This document shows, piece after piece, positions 48,318-50,976 of a stretch of DNA of 50,976 bases (within the stretch, counting starts at the first letter, position 1; every line of letters begins with the position of its first letter). Made by a program: the position numbers and the translations under genes. Origin of the DNA: Chiloscyllium plagiosum (Eukaryota); NCBI RefSeq assembly GCF_004010195.1, contig NW_025215280.1:1-50976 (forward strand). Direction: 5' to 3'. The notes under the pieces are model-generated. The model was not told the DNA's origin, searched no databases, and saw only the letters and a list, made by a program, of their open reading frames with translations.

Positions 48318-49491
48318 ATGTCTGCTCCAACAGGACTATATGTCAGACATGTCAGGACAGTGTTTGACCTGGAGGGAACACGGAGGCGATCGTGCTCATA
48401 TCCACCTGCTGACCTGCTCGTTTTCTGTGGTGGAAGTTGTGTGCATGAAAGATTCTGACAAAATTTTGGTCAAATTCTTAGTGTCGAAAATCCCTTACCT
48501 TCAGACCATATCTTCAGACAGATTCTAAAGTCTTTTGAAAGACGGTTTCACACTTTCATTTTGGGATCACATCAATTTCGCAGGATATTAGAAGGGGAAG
48601 ATTTAGAAGTCAACCTCTCCACCAGAATCTGATGAAGCCACAAATTTTATCCCAAATACAACTTGATCAGATTTCGAACATGAAAGGAAAAAGCTCTGGT
48701 AATAGTGTGACGTAAGTCGTTCACTTATTGCGCGTGTGGACCAGGTTTTTACCTGTCATCAGACTTACACACCTCAATTGCAGTCAGAGTGAGGAATGAC
48801 GTGGAAATGTAGGGATTCATTTCCCTATCTGAGCTGAATTCCCATGGACGCAATGATACCAGGAACAAGCCATTCACCTGCTCAGAGTGTGGGAAGGGAT
48901 TCACTCTGTATGTCTGCTCCAACAGGACTATATGTCAGACATGTCAGGACAGTGTTTGACCTGGAGGGAACACGGAGGCGATCATGTTCATATCCAACTG
49001 CTGACCTGCTCGTTCTCTGTGGTGGAAGTTGTGTGCATGAAAGATTCTGACAAAATTCTGGTCAAATTCTTAGTGTCGAAAATCCCTTACCTTCAGACCA
49101 TATCTTCTAGAGTCTTTTGAAAGACGGTTTCACACTTTCATTTTGGGCTCACATCAATTTCGCAGGATATTAGAAGGGGAAGATTTAGAAGTCAACCTCT
49201 CCACCATAATCTGATGAAGCCACGAATTCTATCCCAAATACAACTTGATCAGATTTCGAACATGAAAGGAAAAAGCTCTGGTAATACTGTGAGATAAGTC
49301 GTTCACTTATTGTGCGTGTGGACCAGGTTTTTACCTGTCATCAGACTTACACACCCCAATTGCAGTCATAGTGAGGAATGACGTGGAAATGTAGGGATTC
49401 ATTTCCCTGTCTGAGCTGAATTCCCATGGTCGCAATGATACCAGGAACAAGCCATTCACCTGCTCAGAGTGTGGGAAGGGATTCACTCTGT
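48318..49491 (+). repeat. Near-identical tandem duplication (48318-48909; 48910-49491)
   Basis: atgtctgctccaacaggact...gggattcactctgt is repeated with period 592. Copy 2 lacks 10 bp. Confidence 0.95.
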
Positions 49492-50290
49492 CTTTGATCT
49501 GCTGCGACACCGACTCGTTCAAAATGATGAGAAACGATTTTAGTATCTGAACTGCGGAAAATGCTTTAAAACGTCCAGCGATTGGAGAACCGAACACGAC
49601 GCTGATACTAATGAGAAACCTTTTCTCTCTCCGAACTTTGGAAAATGTTATCAAACCTCTATGTGTTTCATCTCTGAGAAATATGCCCACATAAATAAGA
49701 GTCCATTAAGATATATAGAGACCTGACGTCTGACCCACGTGCTCACCCGGAATAGAGACCTTTCCAATTCCAAATCTGTGGGACCGTGCTGCAAAGTCCG
49801 AGCGACCGAATGGATCATCACCTTTCTCGCCATATTAACAGGTCTTTCTAAATGCCATGACTGCGAGAAGTGCTGCAGAAGATGCTGAATGCTTGCGTGT
49901 GTTCAACGTGTTCACACTGAATAAAGACATTAATCATTATAAACGTTCCTGGGGACAGTTCATCATGAGCGTCATCACATTGTGGAGAGACCTATCAAAT
50001 ATGTAGCCTGTGGGATGTGCTCTCTAGTCTCTGTAGAACTGATTTCCCATCGATATTTTCGAATTGTGAGAGACGTTTCAAGGAACCTATTCCAGGAATA
50101 GGTTTAAGCGAACATCTCAACTCTCAGTACACCATCTGGTTTGCATTTGGCCGCAAGCATTTACCTGCTCCATGTGAGCAAAACAGTTAGGTCACTCATC
50201 GATCCTATTGAGAGAATAGAGGATCCCAGTGAGGGAAGGAATTCACTCACTCATCGACCCTACTCAGGCAGCGTCGTGTTTACTATCGCA
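49166..50290 (+). pseudogene. Multi-finger C2H2 zinc-finger pseudogene exon
   Basis: Acceptor-like tttcgcag|gatattagaagg, [17 protein letters not shown], and further decayed fingers (NCGKCFK, KCHDCEKC, FTCSM*, KEFTHSSTLLRQRRVY) with stops and frameshifts. Confidence 0.85.
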
Positions 50291-50379
50291 ACAGCAATTG
50301 AACATTGATGTTCTTCACATTCAGGCCTGGAATCAAAGTTGGAATATTCTAGATAACATTCAAATAAATCAGCTTTGTG

Positions 50380-50976
50380 TTAAATGCTTTGAGTAGGTAA
50401 TGAGCAAGTTAGACGGAGTCAAGCCGGTGGAGGTGACCAGCTTGAATTTCCCCAGGCATATGTCAAGGTGCAGTACGGCAAACTGCTAAGGAAGAGGACA
50501 TGGATTGAGGCTTGGCTGATTGGCAGAAGGCAGACAGTTGGGTAAAGGGGTCTTCTCCAGGATGGCAGCCCGTGACTAGTGGAGTTTTGCAGGAGTCAGT
50601 GTTCCAACACATTTATTCACATTATGTATGAAGGATCCATTCAAAGGAATTGAGGGTGTTGTTGCTCCATTTGAAGAAGACACAATGATCGGCGTAAGGG
50701 CAGATCTTATTGTTGAAGCGGGCATGCAGCAGAATGACTTGAACAAACTGAGTGCTTTGAAAAAATAGTTACAGTTGCGGTACTTTGTGGAAAAGTGTGC
50801 GGTCATATGTTTGGTGGTAAGAGTAGAGGCACAAACAATTTTATGAAAGCAGAAAGAATTCAAAGTTCAATTTTCTCTTATGTTTCACATGCAGTTTCAG
50901 TTGGTGTTTAGGAAGGCAAATACAATGCAGGCGTTCAGTTCAAGCGAATAGGAAAGCACGGGCAGAGGTTTAAACC
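50380..50976 (+). mobile_element. Old CR1 RT fragment
   Basis: VTSGVLQESV (SGVPQGSV-like), FEEDT (FADDT-like), aggaaggcaaatacaatgc. Confidence 0.7.

Noticed and set aside
1..50976. CRISPR array, prokaryotic defence or retron system, or rRNA/snRNA genes
   Set aside because: No regular repeat-spacer array, operon or rRNA/snRNA similarity is seen. All RT motifs belong to the ERV or CR1 elements.

Overview
Eukaryotic non-coding DNA rich in repeats, most likely from a shark or other cartilaginous fish. This is inferred from an HE1/V-SINE, SacSINE-like DeuSINEs, and CR1 and Penelope families. There are four N gaps and no intact protein-coding gene. The left end (1-3908, minus) is a decayed class I (gamma/epsilon-like) endogenous retrovirus with a 5' LTR, a tRNA-Pro PBS, gag, an amber readthrough junction, pro and RT. 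The rest is a tRNA gene cluster undergoing birth and death. It holds two near-canonical tRNA-His(GTG) genes, a damaged tRNA-Leu(TAG), and about 14 other relics or variants (His, intron-type Ile-TAT, Ser, iMet, Val, Leu, Thr), mixed with C2H2 zinc-finger pseudogenes. A multi-kb ZNF/Ile/His/Ser unit is present in inverted and tandem copies between 5 and 25 kb, a ~2.87-kb Val+Leu tandem lies at 36.5-42.2 kb, and there are two ~0.58-kb near-identical tandem duplications. Other elements include a solo LTR with a 4-bp TSD, a long CR1 LINE, and Penelope elements with fold-back structure and hammerhead relics. I see no convincing undescribed functional system. The best leads are the co-amplified tRNA-ZNF unit, the ERV, and a Val-body tRNA with a TTC anticodon. 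Family names come from recalled consensus similarity, not database searches, and boundaries of degenerate repeats are approximate.
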